A stretch of 58,348 nucleotides of DNA, filler included, from Trypethelium eluteriae (lineage: Eukaryota), in the NCBI GenBank assembly GCA_051942245.1. It is 4 parts of 4 records of this genome, joined end to end, with 100 filler letters (N's around TTAATTAATTAA, not from the genome) between each part and the next. Parts side by side here need not be neighbours in the genome. Positions count along the whole stretch, not along the records: positions 1 to 14,526 come from JAVECL010000685.1; positions 14,627 to 29,145 come from JAVECL010000686.1; 2 more parts are not named here. One strand, 5' to 3'. Both the position numbers and the translations under genes were made by a program. Positions within the stretch are counted from its first letter, which is position 1, and each line of letters starts with the position of its first letter. Of the stretch, positions 12,076-22,876 are shown in pieces. The notes under the pieces are model-generated. The model was not told the origin of the DNA, made no database searches, and saw only the letters and a program-made list of their open reading frames with translations.

Positions 12076-14526
12076 ATGGGTCGCAAGCCGAATCCAATCA
12101 TCAATGAATATTTTGAACGAGGCCAGAAGCTTGAGGATGCCAGCAATCGCTATCAGCACACGTGCCGCTCATGCGGTGAAAAGGTAAATCAGTGTCGTCG
12201 TTCGGTTAGAGAGCTCGTGAAACCAGACCTAATTATTTGCTCATAGTTTCCCAAGGGAAGAATAGACACTCTTATCGGCCACCTTGTTAAGCGATGTCCT
12301 TGCCTTAGCGTCCAGCAACGGACTGAGATCTCCCATCGCGCGCATGAGCTGCCTCGGACTGTCCAGACTCCGACCCACTCGAATGACGATCTTCACGCTA
12401 CACACGAGCAGCAAAATGGAATAAGCAATGGTCAATCTATGGAACTGGGCTATGCGCCAGCGCCTGCTCATGAAATGTCTGCGCTCGAGACCCTGGCAGA
12501 AGTGTCGCGACAGCAGCATCTCCACCTTTCAGGAAGGCCGCTTGCTGAGCAGATCAACGGCGCGGATGAGAGGCGGATATCCGGAAAGGAAAATGGAATG
12601 CAGACGGGGTTTGTGCCAGAAGATTTTCTCGTTCAAGAACCATCTCAACAAGGCCCAGAAAATGAGCATGGCGCATCTAGAAATGGTATGGCCCAAAGGG
12701 CGATGATGGCACTCATGTATGCTGATGTGGCAGCAATCCAAATTGCATCAGAAACGCAGAACTCGAACGGAATCCAGCCTCCGCCTATGTATGATGAACC
12801 TCCTCAATCCACCTCGCCACAACCTGCAGTCACTAGCGCACCCTCCGGCGTTGCGCCAACCGCACAGATGACTCCTTCTCCCCTCGAGATCGCAGCATCT
12901 GCGGCACAGGAGCTTCAGGAGCAGATGGCATCAAACTCTACCCTCACAATGGAGCCAGAACCAACGTTGCAGGGTGTAGGTGCAGCCGATAATACAATGA
13001 CAGAGAAACCATTTTCACAACGACCATCCTGGGCTTCAAACATCGACCCTCAGTTACAGCAGGGCGATCAAAATCAGAATGCGCTGGCGGAATTATTACG
13101 CAACGGAGTTGCAGCTTACCCAAGGCCAATTGCGATGAATCCACATCAACAACAGCTACCCTATCCAGAGATCAGTATGACCCACACTAGACAAAAGCCT
13201 AAAGTAAGAGGCCGATTCTCCGATCATAGGCGCAAGGAAGTGCAAGATGTGCGAAAGCGTGGCGCTTGCATACGATGCAGGATGCTAAAGAAGCCATGCT
13301 CGGGAGATGATCCTTGCAGTACGTGTGTCAATGTCGAAAGCGCAAGATTATGGAAGTCACCTTGCATCCGGACGCGAATAGCTGAGGAGTTCAATCTGTA
13401 TTCCACTAATCTTCATACTGTACTGGCATTTCATGATGTTGGCCGCGCCAAACTTCTAACTCACTTTCAACAATCACAAGGCCGCATTGAGGCGACACAT
13501 TTCCCGGAACTCGGACTCGCAACGACTTATCATGCTGTCAGAAGTCAGAAACTGGCCCATTCCGATATAGATCCGGCGCTGATAGGCGGTGCGCATGTCA
13601 CAGGGGATGGATCAAACCTCGAGATGCTGGATGCAGAAGCGGATGATCTCGTCGGCAAGATTGAGCTTTATTCAAGAGACACAGCATCTACGTTCTTTCA
13701 GCGTGAGCCCTCAGCTTTCATGAAGCCTACAGTGTTGTTAGCTCAACGGCTCGTGCAAGAGCAAAATGTAAGTTTACATCCATCGTGTCCCTCGATCCTG
13801 ACTAATGAGAGGTAGGACACGCTTTTACAAAGAGCGCTTGAGCTCTGGGTTAGCACACAAATCCTCACCGACAACGCGACTTCATGGAATATCTTCTCCA
13901 ATCCGCTATCAACGCCCCAACCTGGCCTTGTCCAACTTCAATTCAACCGGCCAGAGCATACTACTGAGCCCTCCTACTCATCGACTCAACCCCTACAATC
14001 TGACTCGCCGTCATATATCTTAATAGCATCCCAACTTGCCGCAGCGACTGAGAAGCGCTGTGCCGCTCTCTGTAAGACTGTGCTCAACGAGCTCGAAAAA
14101 CGCCTTTTACAGCGTCACTACTCTTCCCCTTTCTCCACCTTTCTCGCTGCTGTCATTATATTGGCGTGCATCGAGCGCGTAGCTGTCCTCTTCAGAGGTT
14201 GGGAGGATCCAAATGCTCCTCCAATGCCTGAATACGTCAACAGCAATGGATTTGATCCAAACACCGCACATGACACTCCCATGCAGGACGGACCATTGAC
14301 CAACAATCTAGAACATATCCCTCAGTCCGACCGCGAAATTGCTCAACAGCTCCTTGCCGCCTCAAATCCGCCTCCACCGTCTACTCCTCAACCAGTACAA
14401 CAATCACAACCTCCAGTCACGCCTACAAACGGTATCTCTACAGGACAGCACGACACCGAAATGCCCAACTATACCCACGAGACCCCAGCCACGACGTCCA
14501 ATCCCACCTCCTCCTCCTCTCCACTC
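12076..14526 (+). CDS. Zn(II)2Cys6 transcription factor with an N-terminal C2HC (BED-like) zinc finger; 3' end truncated by the gap
   Basis: MGRKPNPIINEYFERG...HTCRSCGEK|FPKGRIDTLIGHLVKRCP (intron 12184-12247, in frame with the 12439 ORF). Internal RGACIRCRMLKKPCSGDDPCSTC zinc cluster. Confidence 0.88.
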
Positions 14527-14626
14527 NNNNNNNNNNNNNNNNNNNNNNNNNNNNNNNNNNNNNNNNNNNNTTAATTAATTAANNNNNNNNNNNNNNNNNN
14601 NNNNNNNNNNNNNNNNNNNNNNNNNN
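14527..14626. other. Artificial contig spacer
   Basis: 44 N + TTAATTAATTAA (stops in all six frames) + 44 N; identical to the other two gaps. Confidence 0.98.
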
Positions 14627-15259
14627 GAGCCAATGGATCCAAATATTGGCCGCACAATGAAGTCAATCTCCGTAGCTAGCTATATATGTAGAGGCGATCC
14701 GCCACCTTCAGAAGAATCAGATCGAATAGGTTTTTTACCACGCACGGTGCAGAGAAACACTTTCAGGAGGCGAGGACATCTAGATACGTGGCAACTCACG
14801 ATCCTCACTCGTAGTCTATTCCGTTTTTGGCTATCTTTTCGACCCCTGACGTGCACCCTATACTAGGCTAACAGGTCACACATTAGGGACATTCAATACC
14901 TCTCTCCTCCGATTTAGAATTTTTCAGATGCGGCTAGGAGGTAGATCAATAAATGGACGTGGCGATTCCCCACGGTTTTGTTCGAAGACCCTTGTGTTAG
15001 GCTGCGGGGAACGCACATGTTGTAAGGACAACCGATCCTCATTGGATCCCAATCTCCAATATGTTCTTCCCGATGCAATTGCATAATGGCAGTGCTGGTA
15101 GCCTTCTGCGCCACTGACAAAAATAGGAATACGGCTTCAGCATCCAAATTGTGGATAAGTGCGCGATTGTTTATGAAACAAAAAGCTCCTCCCTTCCATT
15201 CAATTTTTGAACGAAAGTTTGACGTTCAGGTCACGTAGGGGAGATAATCGTGTTGATTC

Positions 15260-16558
15260 ATGGCTGCGTCTACGACACCAGCTCCTCGCGTTATGCTTGG
15301 TCCTCTTACCACTATCTTTTCGCCACCTCCACACTGCACCTCCTTATTCCACCCACAGACTTTTGATAGAATTGACGCTAATCCTCCCGGTGTGAGCTCA
15401 AGTAGTATCGCTGTGCAAGCGGTTACATGTAATGCCAGCTTTCAGGTCCCCTCGGTTATTGCTACCACCGATCCTCTCGTTTCACCATTTGGACCTCTCG
15501 CATACGACCCCCTCTGTTGGCCCCTTGTTTCTGGAACCAGCTACAATGGAACAGGCATTTACTCACCAGGGTTGATGTGCCCTGAAGGATTCACTATAGC
15601 ATGCTCTGCAATCGGCTCAGCTGCTGTTCCGCTGCCATCGATCGCGAATGTCAAGAATTTCAGCTTCAAGGATTCTATTCTTAGCTCAGAAGGTGCAGTA
15701 GGATGCTGTCCGAGGTGCGTTCAGAGCCTGAATCGACAAGCGTGTCACCTCCAATGCTTAATCCAGTCTAGCGGCTACGAGTGCTTTATGCTGCTTCATA
15801 GCGGTTACTCGCACCAAACTTGCCTTTCGACGGCCATTGAAGGATCCCTTTCAACTTACGGATGCCTACAATCTGGTCAATCTGGTCCTGTTATTGAGAT
15901 AACTTCGACAATTGCTATTCCTCTCGCTGAAACAGTGACATCAGTTTCGACAGACATACAGACTCATCGGGAATTCGGATCAATTCCACAACCGAACGGA
16001 AGCAATGGGTGGAGTTCTTTACTTACTCAAAGTGCGTCAACAACTGAGACAAGCACCTACACCTACAGCAATATATACACCACAAACTCTCCTGCGATGT
16101 CTCTTTTCGCGCCACTGATTCAACTCAACTGGGGCCCTCTGGACGTACAAGCCATATCTCGTGAACTTTTCCCCACGTCTGCATTATCTAAAGCTGATCC
16201 CACGCAAAATCGTAGTGGCATACCGACTTCAGCAAAAGTTGCCATCGGGGTTGTTGCCCCGGTTCTCGCACTGATCATCGTGCTAGCGGGCGTTATCCTT
16301 CTACTTAGACGGAGACGCCAGATCCAACGAGAAGGACGGCGTGAGAAGGGGTTTGAAAAACCAGAGCTTGACGCATCGAACCTCGAAAGTGAAACCCAGA
16401 AGATCTCATTACCAACAGAGCTATCAGCTATGGAAGGCCCGCAAGAACTCGGACCAGGGCAACTCCATGAATTGACAGTGCCTAATGTCCACCATGAGCT
16501 TGCCGTACCTCATGTGGTACACGAGATTGGAGACCCGGAGATTGAAACCTCGATCTAA
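15260..16558 (+). CDS. Cys-rich, Ser/Thr-rich single-pass membrane protein (fungal Mid2/mucin-like family)
   Basis: GPLTTIFSPPPHC...CWP...YSPGLMCPEGFTIAC...GCCP(S)GYEC ectodomain; TM helix AIGVVAPVLALIIVLAGVILLL followed by RRRR; acidic tail with xEL repeats. Probable 57-nt in-frame intron at 15715-15771. Confidence 0.8.
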   Translation: MAASTTPAPRVMLGPLTTIFSPPPHCTSLFHPQTFDRIDANPPGVSSSSIAVQAVTCNASFQVPSVIATTDPLVSPFGPLAYDPLCWPLVSGTSYNGTGIYSPGLMCPEGFTIACSAIGSAAVPLPSIANVKNFSFKDSILSSEGAVGCCPRCVQSLNRQACHLQCLIQSSGYECFMLLHSGYSHQTCLSTAIEGSLSTYGCLQSGQSGPVIEITSTIAIPLAETVTSVSTDIQTHREFGSIPQPNGSNGWSSLLTQSASTTETSTYTYSNIYTTNSPAMSLFAPLIQLNWGPLDVQAISRELFPTSALSKADPTQNRSGIPTSAKVAIGVVAPVLALIIVLAGVILLLRRRRQIQREGRREKGFEKPELDASNLESETQKISLPTELSAMEGPQELGPGQLHELTVPNVHHELAVPHVVHEIGDPEIETSI

Positions 16559-16739
16559 GGGGCAAGGCCCAAAAGGATCAATGCAAGATGCAAAGGATGA
16601 ACTTAGACTTACCAATTAAGAAGAAGAGCACTCAACGTGAGGTCTTCGGACAGCTTTATCTACACGAGGGATCCTAAAGAAGTCAGTAGCAATACGTCCA
16701 GCATGTGGTGATGGTAGTGCTGACATGGAACAGAGAACA

Positions 16740-17030
16740 CGCGAATGCAGCAATATCTCCTATAGGGTAGGTCAGAACACGATCGTTGACGGTAGCTTCA
16801 CTAGAACGGATTCTGATCGGGCTGATGCTAGTGAATCTAAATTTATGTGAATTAGATTCTTACCATTTTTCAGACCAAATATATAATCTCCACAAGTTAG
16901 TAAACAGCCTAATCCTTGGCAGACAGTCAGACTGATGCGCAATATAAATCGCTTCTTCTCGGACGACAAGGAAGGGGCCACAAAGGCCAATAACATCTTG
17001 TGAATGAAAGGACCACGATCTCTTCCAAGG
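16740..17030 (-). pseudogene. Remnant of a HET-E/NWD-type NACHT (STAND/NLR) gene, winged-helix region
   Basis: Minus-strand QDVIGLCGPFLVVREEAIYIAHQS resembles the conserved IIGLCGSFLT.RE..IYFVHQSAKDFL motif. It is followed in another frame by DYIFGLKNG...NLDSLASAR (cf. RDIYGL...DPDPLA.ARYSC). Frameshifts and stops are present. Confidence 0.55.
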
Positions 17031-17206
17031 ATCCGGACTTTTGAGCAAGCACTGATAAATGCACGGTATGATCCGCTAGGCTATAGCACTAGAGAGCCCG
17101 AAAACGTGGAAGAGCTTCTGGAAAGGCTGCGCCAACTCAGACCATCACTGTCGCCTCCCGCTTCAACTTCAACCTTTTATTGACCGTGTTTTGCCAATAT
17201 CTCAAG

Positions 17207-17784
17207 TCATCGGATGCGATAGAATTAAGCCAAGGATGAGCCACATTCTTCTTAGTGAGGGCCATCCAGCCCCCTACTTCCACTAGACCCATAATGTCAC
17301 CCTTCGTGGCTTGCTTTGATCGAAAACGCAGCCAAGCCATTGGGGGAGTATAAAGCCAGAAACCAGCACAGCCATATAGGGCCGAAACCGCATCTCATCC
17401 ACTAACCGGTTGCCAACCGGATCTTTATCAATGCTGCAGCCTTTATGCCAGATCCACACGAGTGGCCGGACGAAGAACGAAGGGTGGTATCGGCATCTCG
17501 GAAGGACTTGGAAAATGAATTTGCAGACTGGTACCCACAAGTCCAAGCTCTCGTTGGAGGTTTCCCGAAAAAGTAGTCGGAGGGTCTGTGATGTGCACCA
17601 CCAATCGGGAAGGGGCAACATGAAGAGTTGGGTCAAGGCAGAAATCTATTTTGAGAAAATTAAGGACTGAGCACACAAGATCTGGCATTTTGACTATGAT
17701 CAAGTGCTATCAGAGACGATTCAAGAATATAGCGCAAGACTTAAGATGTTTCAGCGAGCGCAAAATGGGTCGTTGAAGCGATAG
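17207..17784 (+). pseudogene. Salicylate-hydroxylase-like FAD-dependent monooxygenase pseudogene (C-terminal half, internally deleted)
   Basis: [35 protein letters not shown], then after a frameshift [71 protein letters not shown], then SRRVCDVHHQ...WVKAEIYFEKIKD*AHKIWHFDYDQVL. The GDAAH FAD motif region is missing. Confidence 0.8.
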
Positions 17785-17888
17785 GAAGGAGAAAAACAGG
17801 AATACGAGATCTCCAGTCTATAACTTGTTTACACTGCACTCTAAATATACTGAATATGGTCTGGAGAGGTATATTAATCCTGAATGCG

Positions 17889-19848
17889 CTACAGTAGCAA
17901 GCCTGCATATGCAAGCATGCAGCCACTAGTCAGGTAATCTTTACGAAATTCCGTGTCCTGTCAATGCGACGAGTTAGCAGTGGCATTGGCGTCTTAAGGA
18001 AGAGACCAGACAACAACATCAGAACTCTGACCTTTGCGAAAAGCGAAGCCTGACCTATGCCCATTGATTCTCCAATCCATGTAAGGCAGCTCCTCATGTA
18101 GTCACGCATTTGCGGAGGCACAATCAGAAGCTTCGAAACGATGTAAAGCGGGTGCATGAGGAGTAGGCCACCAACATCTCTCCCTGCGTGCATCACAACT
18201 GTATTTTTTTCCACGGCGCGGAGGAAGCCGTGAAGATCCTCGGTCAAATGATAAGGGATGGAAGAGATCATGTCTTGGAGAAGTCGGTGGGCATCGAGCT
18301 GTTCGCAAGTATCGTCTTGATCGTCATTAACTGCTTTAGACAAGTCGAGAGTCAGGGCAATGAGTTGCAATCGAACCGCACGGAAGGTGTTCCAGACTGC
18401 TGCGACGTAAAGGTCAAAATAGGCATCAATCTGGCCTGGCCACAGTCCTACGGAAGCAACTGAATCTGTTCTCCCTTGACTTACGCAGCCGATGGCCGTA
18501 GGCTTGAAATGATCGACCTGAGCATCTTGCCATCGGATAAACTCCCGACTCAGAACAGTTGCCTCATTTCTTAGAATGCGTAAGTCGATTGAATCACTCT
18601 GTGAATTTGCTAGCATCACATCTGCTCTTTCTAGTAGAACACCAGATTTAATAAGTAAGTCGTCCAAGCTCTGATAAGCGTTATCTGAGCAAGGGATATA
18701 GAATACGTCGTGACCCTAGAACTATGAGCTTATGCTCTCAATGCATGGGGGAGAATCCGAGGGGTACAATAAACAGAGTAGTCCTTACCCGAACAACGCC
18801 TTTCCAGATTGGTGGGAGACCCCCTCGCACAGCCGCTAGCAGATCTAGAGGCGAGCTCCTGATGCAAAGAAGAGCAGCAACGCCCCCGGCGTGGGTCCTG
18901 TGGTAGCCAGAATGTGCCTCGCGAGCCATGATCATCTGCGATGTATTAGTTTCCGCACGACATGGCAGGAAGCGTCAAGAGATGCTAAGACAATGAATGT
19001 GAGACCTACTTCGTAGAGACCAAGTATTGTAGTGATCATGAGCGACTCGGCAGAATTTGCCACGGATGGATTTTCTAGAGCTTTTGCTAAAGATACAAGG
19101 AGTTCATGATACATAGTTTCGGCTTTCTCGGTTAGAGAGGGTCTGCACAGCTTTATGCCATGACTTGCAAATGACACGGCCATACATGCTTTTGCAAGAT
19201 CAGAATGTAGGCCCAGGCGGTGAAGCATCAGTTCTAAGCCATCGAGAAAGCCTCGCGAAAGGTTATGGTTCATTGAAACAACACAGTAGTCGTAAATGAA
19301 AGCCCGAAGAGCAAGCTCCTCAACTTTTTCCTCCGAGATTTCCTTCGGTCGACCGTCTTCAGATGATAGTCCAGTGTCCGTTACGGATGGTCGGACAGGT
19401 AAACTGCACTTCCGAGCCATTGACTCTACCTGCGCTGGGCTTCCGCCTTGGTTCGCATACCGTCGGAAAGTGAGACCTGCGCCTCCTTCATAGCCGCCAC
19501 ACGTACGATTAGCTCTCTGGCATCTCATGCAGGACTATATTGAATTAGCATATCGGGTAAAAAGACAAGTTGACTAAGAGATAGCAGGGTGTCGGGGGTT
19601 GTTAAGAAGCCCATATTTGGGCTGCGAGCCACCAAGAAAAGAAAAGGCACATACAGGCCGGGCTCCATCACACTAGACACATAGAAAACATCGGGGTCAG
19701 CGTTTCGAACAGCATCTTGAGCCAGTCATACTCCCTAATCCCAAGCGTGGGGAGTAGTAAAGGAGTATGGGAGGGGAAAGACGGTACAAACCTTCTTCCT
19801 CCGGCGCTTGCACGTCTCGCACCCCGAGGAAAGACCAAAGTAGACCAT
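17889..19848 (-). CDS. Zn(II)2Cys6 transcription factor (cluster-type), multi-exon
   Basis: MVYFGLSSGCETCKRRRKK|CDGARP|SCMRCQRANRTCGGYE across two introns. C-terminal YFDLYVAAVWNTFRAVRL, SSIPYHL, GGLLLMHPL, GIGQA. Last exon ...SGCMLAYAGLLL*. Confidence 0.9.
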
Positions 19849-20213
19849 TGCACTTTCACATCATCTCCTGTCCGGATCACTGGGCATTGGATTGGGTTGG
19901 TTGACCTCTCTGGGAAGCGGAGTAATGCGATTAAGCCACACGCTAGAATCGGTCAATGCTGCTCGACCCAGATTTATCCAGGAATATGTAACGGAAACAC
20001 GAGGTTCGCAATGTTGTTATTTCTTCAAGGTCTCAAAACGGGCAGTGTCTCTGGGTCGGTTCGCAGGAGAAACCTGGGAGGCGAGATAAAATGTCAGGCA
20101 TCCTTGCCACCCTTGCAATGGAGTATCCGAGTTCAACTAAAGCCTCCTGTCGCTGCATTCGGCTAGCGTTGCGCTCTCACCTCTCCTCGCCGCAAGTGGC
20201 GTGCTCGGCCTGT

Positions 20214-20728
20214 CGGAGATAGAGTACTCGTCCGATCTTTGACAGCCCCATAATCGCTGTTTCAGCTCTTATATTATTAGAGCCTGGAGATATAATATCT
20301 TCCTGCGTCCGAGATCTATGACTTGCATTAGTGTGCTCTCGTACGAGGTGATGAGTTTGCTACTGAAGAAGGAAGTTTGAGATATTGTGGAGTACCTCTA
20401 ATACCTCCAGCTTCAATTGGCCAAGACCCTTGCGCACATCTCTTCGATAAGCTTAGACGGCTCTATCTAAAGGTGCCGTAGATATAGGACGCAGGAAGAC
20501 GTTGTAACATAGAATGATAAGTGCAGAAAATACTACATAGAGCTATGTAGACGTCATTATGGATAACTAAAGGCTTGGAAGTGTCAAACTCAAAAGACTA
20601 TCTCCGAGGTATCGGACATATATCTCCGAAATATTGGAGAGCCCGATTCCCCACCCTCTGTTTTCCGGACCCTGAATGGCACCATGTGTCTCTTCAGAGT
20701 ACGCGGAGATATGCTATATTTCTGTCCG
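20214..20728. promoter_or_regulatory. Cluster of CGGAGATA/TATCTCCG motifs, candidate Zn2Cys6 binding sites
   Basis: Exact copies at 20214-20221, 20599-20606 (rc), 20621-20628 (rc) and 20704-20711; variants CGGACATA at 20613-20620 and TCTGTCCG at 20721-20728. They lie upstream of the TF start at 19848. Confidence 0.45.
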
Positions 20729-21249
20729 ACATGGATAGATCGTCTCCATCTACGGAGTACATCACTGGTATCTACGAGGAATATTCGTTAGTAACAAGCT
20801 GCATATAAGGCAAAGTTTTTGGACGGTAGGTGTCAACGAGATCAGCGCGGTGCAAAAGTTCAGTGAGGCTCCGGGAAGCTATCACAGGCTGAAGTGGTGC
20901 ATTCGGCTAGTTAGGGCGCAAAATTAAAAAGAAGCTAGGGGTGTACTGGTAAATACTCTATTTCCTTTCCAGGTTAAGAAGAAAGGCCTTGACTCCTCTG
21001 CAACGGTTGTACTTCTATTCCAACCATTTCTTAGAACAAAACCGGTCGTTGAGCCCCTCCCGCACTGGCATTATGCATTACTATGTAGCAGCGATGACTT
21101 TCGGCAGCAACACTGCAGTGTCATTCCATACCTGGCTCGAGCGTACGATGAACAGCGCTGAGATGTACTAGGTGTTTCTGTATTCTTGCAAGCCGTATAT
21201 GTTATGATAGAAGCAATCAGCGATGGAAGACGCAGGCACAGACGGTATC

Positions 21250-21400
21250 ACATATCGATACAGCATTGCATTCTTTCTGAATGGTAACTTGAAGCCGAAA
21301 GTTGCGGCTTTGGATCGTTTTGGTGTTAAGACAATGGGGGAGCCTATTCAGGAAGAGCCTAATGGAGACCATGGGGAAAAGTAGCATATTTCTGAAAGCA
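21250..21400 (+). pseudogene. C-terminal remnant of a 2OG-Fe(II) dioxygenase
   Basis: YRYSIAFFLNGNLKPKVAALDRFGVKTMGE, frameshift, RKSLMETMGK. The RxS motif (RYSIAFF) binds 2-oxoglutarate in this family; no intact upstream ORF. Confidence 0.55.
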
Positions 21401-21694
21401 GAGCCTGTGAATACTCCATGGGAATTAATCGCCGTTGCTACCTGATGTGAAGCTATCAGAAGAGGCTTCTCTAGCTGGTTGGAAATGATTTATTTTCCTG
21501 AAACTTGTTGTATGACAAATGATTGAATCTGGGTGGAAATGCGGAAAGACAATTCTTTTACCTCGCAGTTTTGGTGCTTTTGTTCTCAGAGGGTCATTTC
21601 AAGATGACTCAAATCACAAGGCCATAGCTGTGGTGGTATTTCAATTAAGCAAATAGATCGAAAACGACCATGGTGTTCAATAATTGTCAAGATC

Positions 21695-22876
21695 TCACAG
21701 GCACACTACCAGCTTCCTAGCAGAGACCCCTCCTTTGCGGTAGAGATCTAGTGCTCCTTGCACATTCTGCAACCCTTTGCCCGCAATCTGTGGCTGCGGC
21801 GCCGGGACGAATGTTCCTGCTTTCAGCGCCTTTGGTAGAAAGTCGTGGTAGATCGCTGCTCCCACCTTGTTGTCCTTGATGGTTGTTGCAAATATGTGCT
21901 TGATGGTTACACCCTCTGGTGGGTCTGAGAAGCCGCGTTTCGTCGTTGATACACACTTGGCTCCCGGGGTTTGGTGCACGGCGTCCATACAGATTCTCCA
22001 ACCGGTACCTCCAATGCAGTCCAGTGCACCAGCAATCGTTTTTCCTTTGAAAACGTCCCGCAGGTCGTCACTGATAGTGCTGCTTTGGTAGTCCAGTACC
22101 TTCACCGCGCCCAGCTGTTTGACGTACTCGAAGTTCTTCGGCGACGCGGTGGCGATGACTTCGTAGCCAGCGGCAACGGCGAGCTGAATAGCATTACTTC
22201 CCACGCTCGATGAGCCACCCCATACCAGCAGCGTCTGACCGATCAACTGCTGCGGTGGCGAGCTCGGGGGTTGCAGGTTCAGGTAACCGTCTTGGAAGAG
22301 GCCTGCAGCAGCGGTGGAGCAACCCAACGGAATGACGCATGCGTCCTCGAACGCGACTTCGTCAGGGATTCTGCTGGTCATGTTTGTCTGCAGAACGGTG
22401 TAAACTTGGAAGCCGTTGTGCTGGTTTTGCTTTGTGGCCATGCCCAGTGCATGGCCAACTACCCGGTCGCCCTCCCTGAATTGCGTCACGTCGGTTCCAA
22501 TGGTGACGACCTCCCCGGCGACATCATGGCCCAGGATCGTGGGATAATTGAGCGGCCACCAGGCCACAGTCTGAAGGTCGTGGTCTATAGGATTGATGGC
22601 AACAGCGTGGTTTTTGACGAGAATTTCGTTCTTCTCAGGCGTCCAAAGCGGAGCCGACCCGACTTCAAACGGGTGGCTCTTTTCAGCTACAAGCCAGGCT
22701 GCAGAGTTCGAAGCCATGCTAGAACTCTGTACAGATCTTGTTACGAGATAAGAAGGGCGAGACGCTAAGCCGAATGAGACGGGACTTTGGGGCAGCCGGA
22801 CTTGACGTGGAGCTTTTCCGCCGACACGTGCAAAAGAAAGTGGCAGGTAAGAAGATAGAAAGATGTTGCGACTCAT
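21695..22876 (-). CDS. Zinc-binding (MDR) oxidoreductase, CipB/enoyl-reductase-like; alternative starts at 22876 and 22717
   Basis: NSAAWLVAEKSHPFEVGSAP...ILVKNHAVAINPID...YPTILGHDVAGEV...LVWGGSSSVGSNAIQLAVAAG...SARKLVVCL. Intronless; TATA-like TATATAAG at ~22962-22969 on the minus strand. Confidence 0.93.
   Translation of the reverse strand: MSRNIFLSSYLPLSFARVGGKAPRQVRLPQSPVSFGLASRPSYLVTRSVQSSSMASNSAAWLVAEKSHPFEVGSAPLWTPEKNEILVKNHAVAINPIDHDLQTVAWWPLNYPTILGHDVAGEVVTIGTDVTQFREGDRVVGHALGMATKQNQHNGFQVYTVLQTNMTSRIPDEVAFEDACVIPLGCSTAAAGLFQDGYLNLQPPSSPPQQLIGQTLLVWGGSSSVGSNAIQLAVAAGYEVIATASPKNFEYVKQLGAVKVLDYQSSTISDDLRDVFKGKTIAGALDCIGGTGWRICMDAVHQTPGAKCVSTTKRGFSDPPEGVTIKHIFATTIKDNKVGAAIYHDFLPKALKAGTFVPAPQPQIAGKGLQNVQGALDLYRKGGVSARKLVVCL

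Noticed and set aside
14571..14582. TTAATTAATTAA palindrome repeated three times in the window (also 29190-29201 and 43804-43815)
   Set aside because: Always centred in exactly 100-bp N blocks. It is an artificial six-frame-stop linker, so adjacency of genes across these gaps is not proven.
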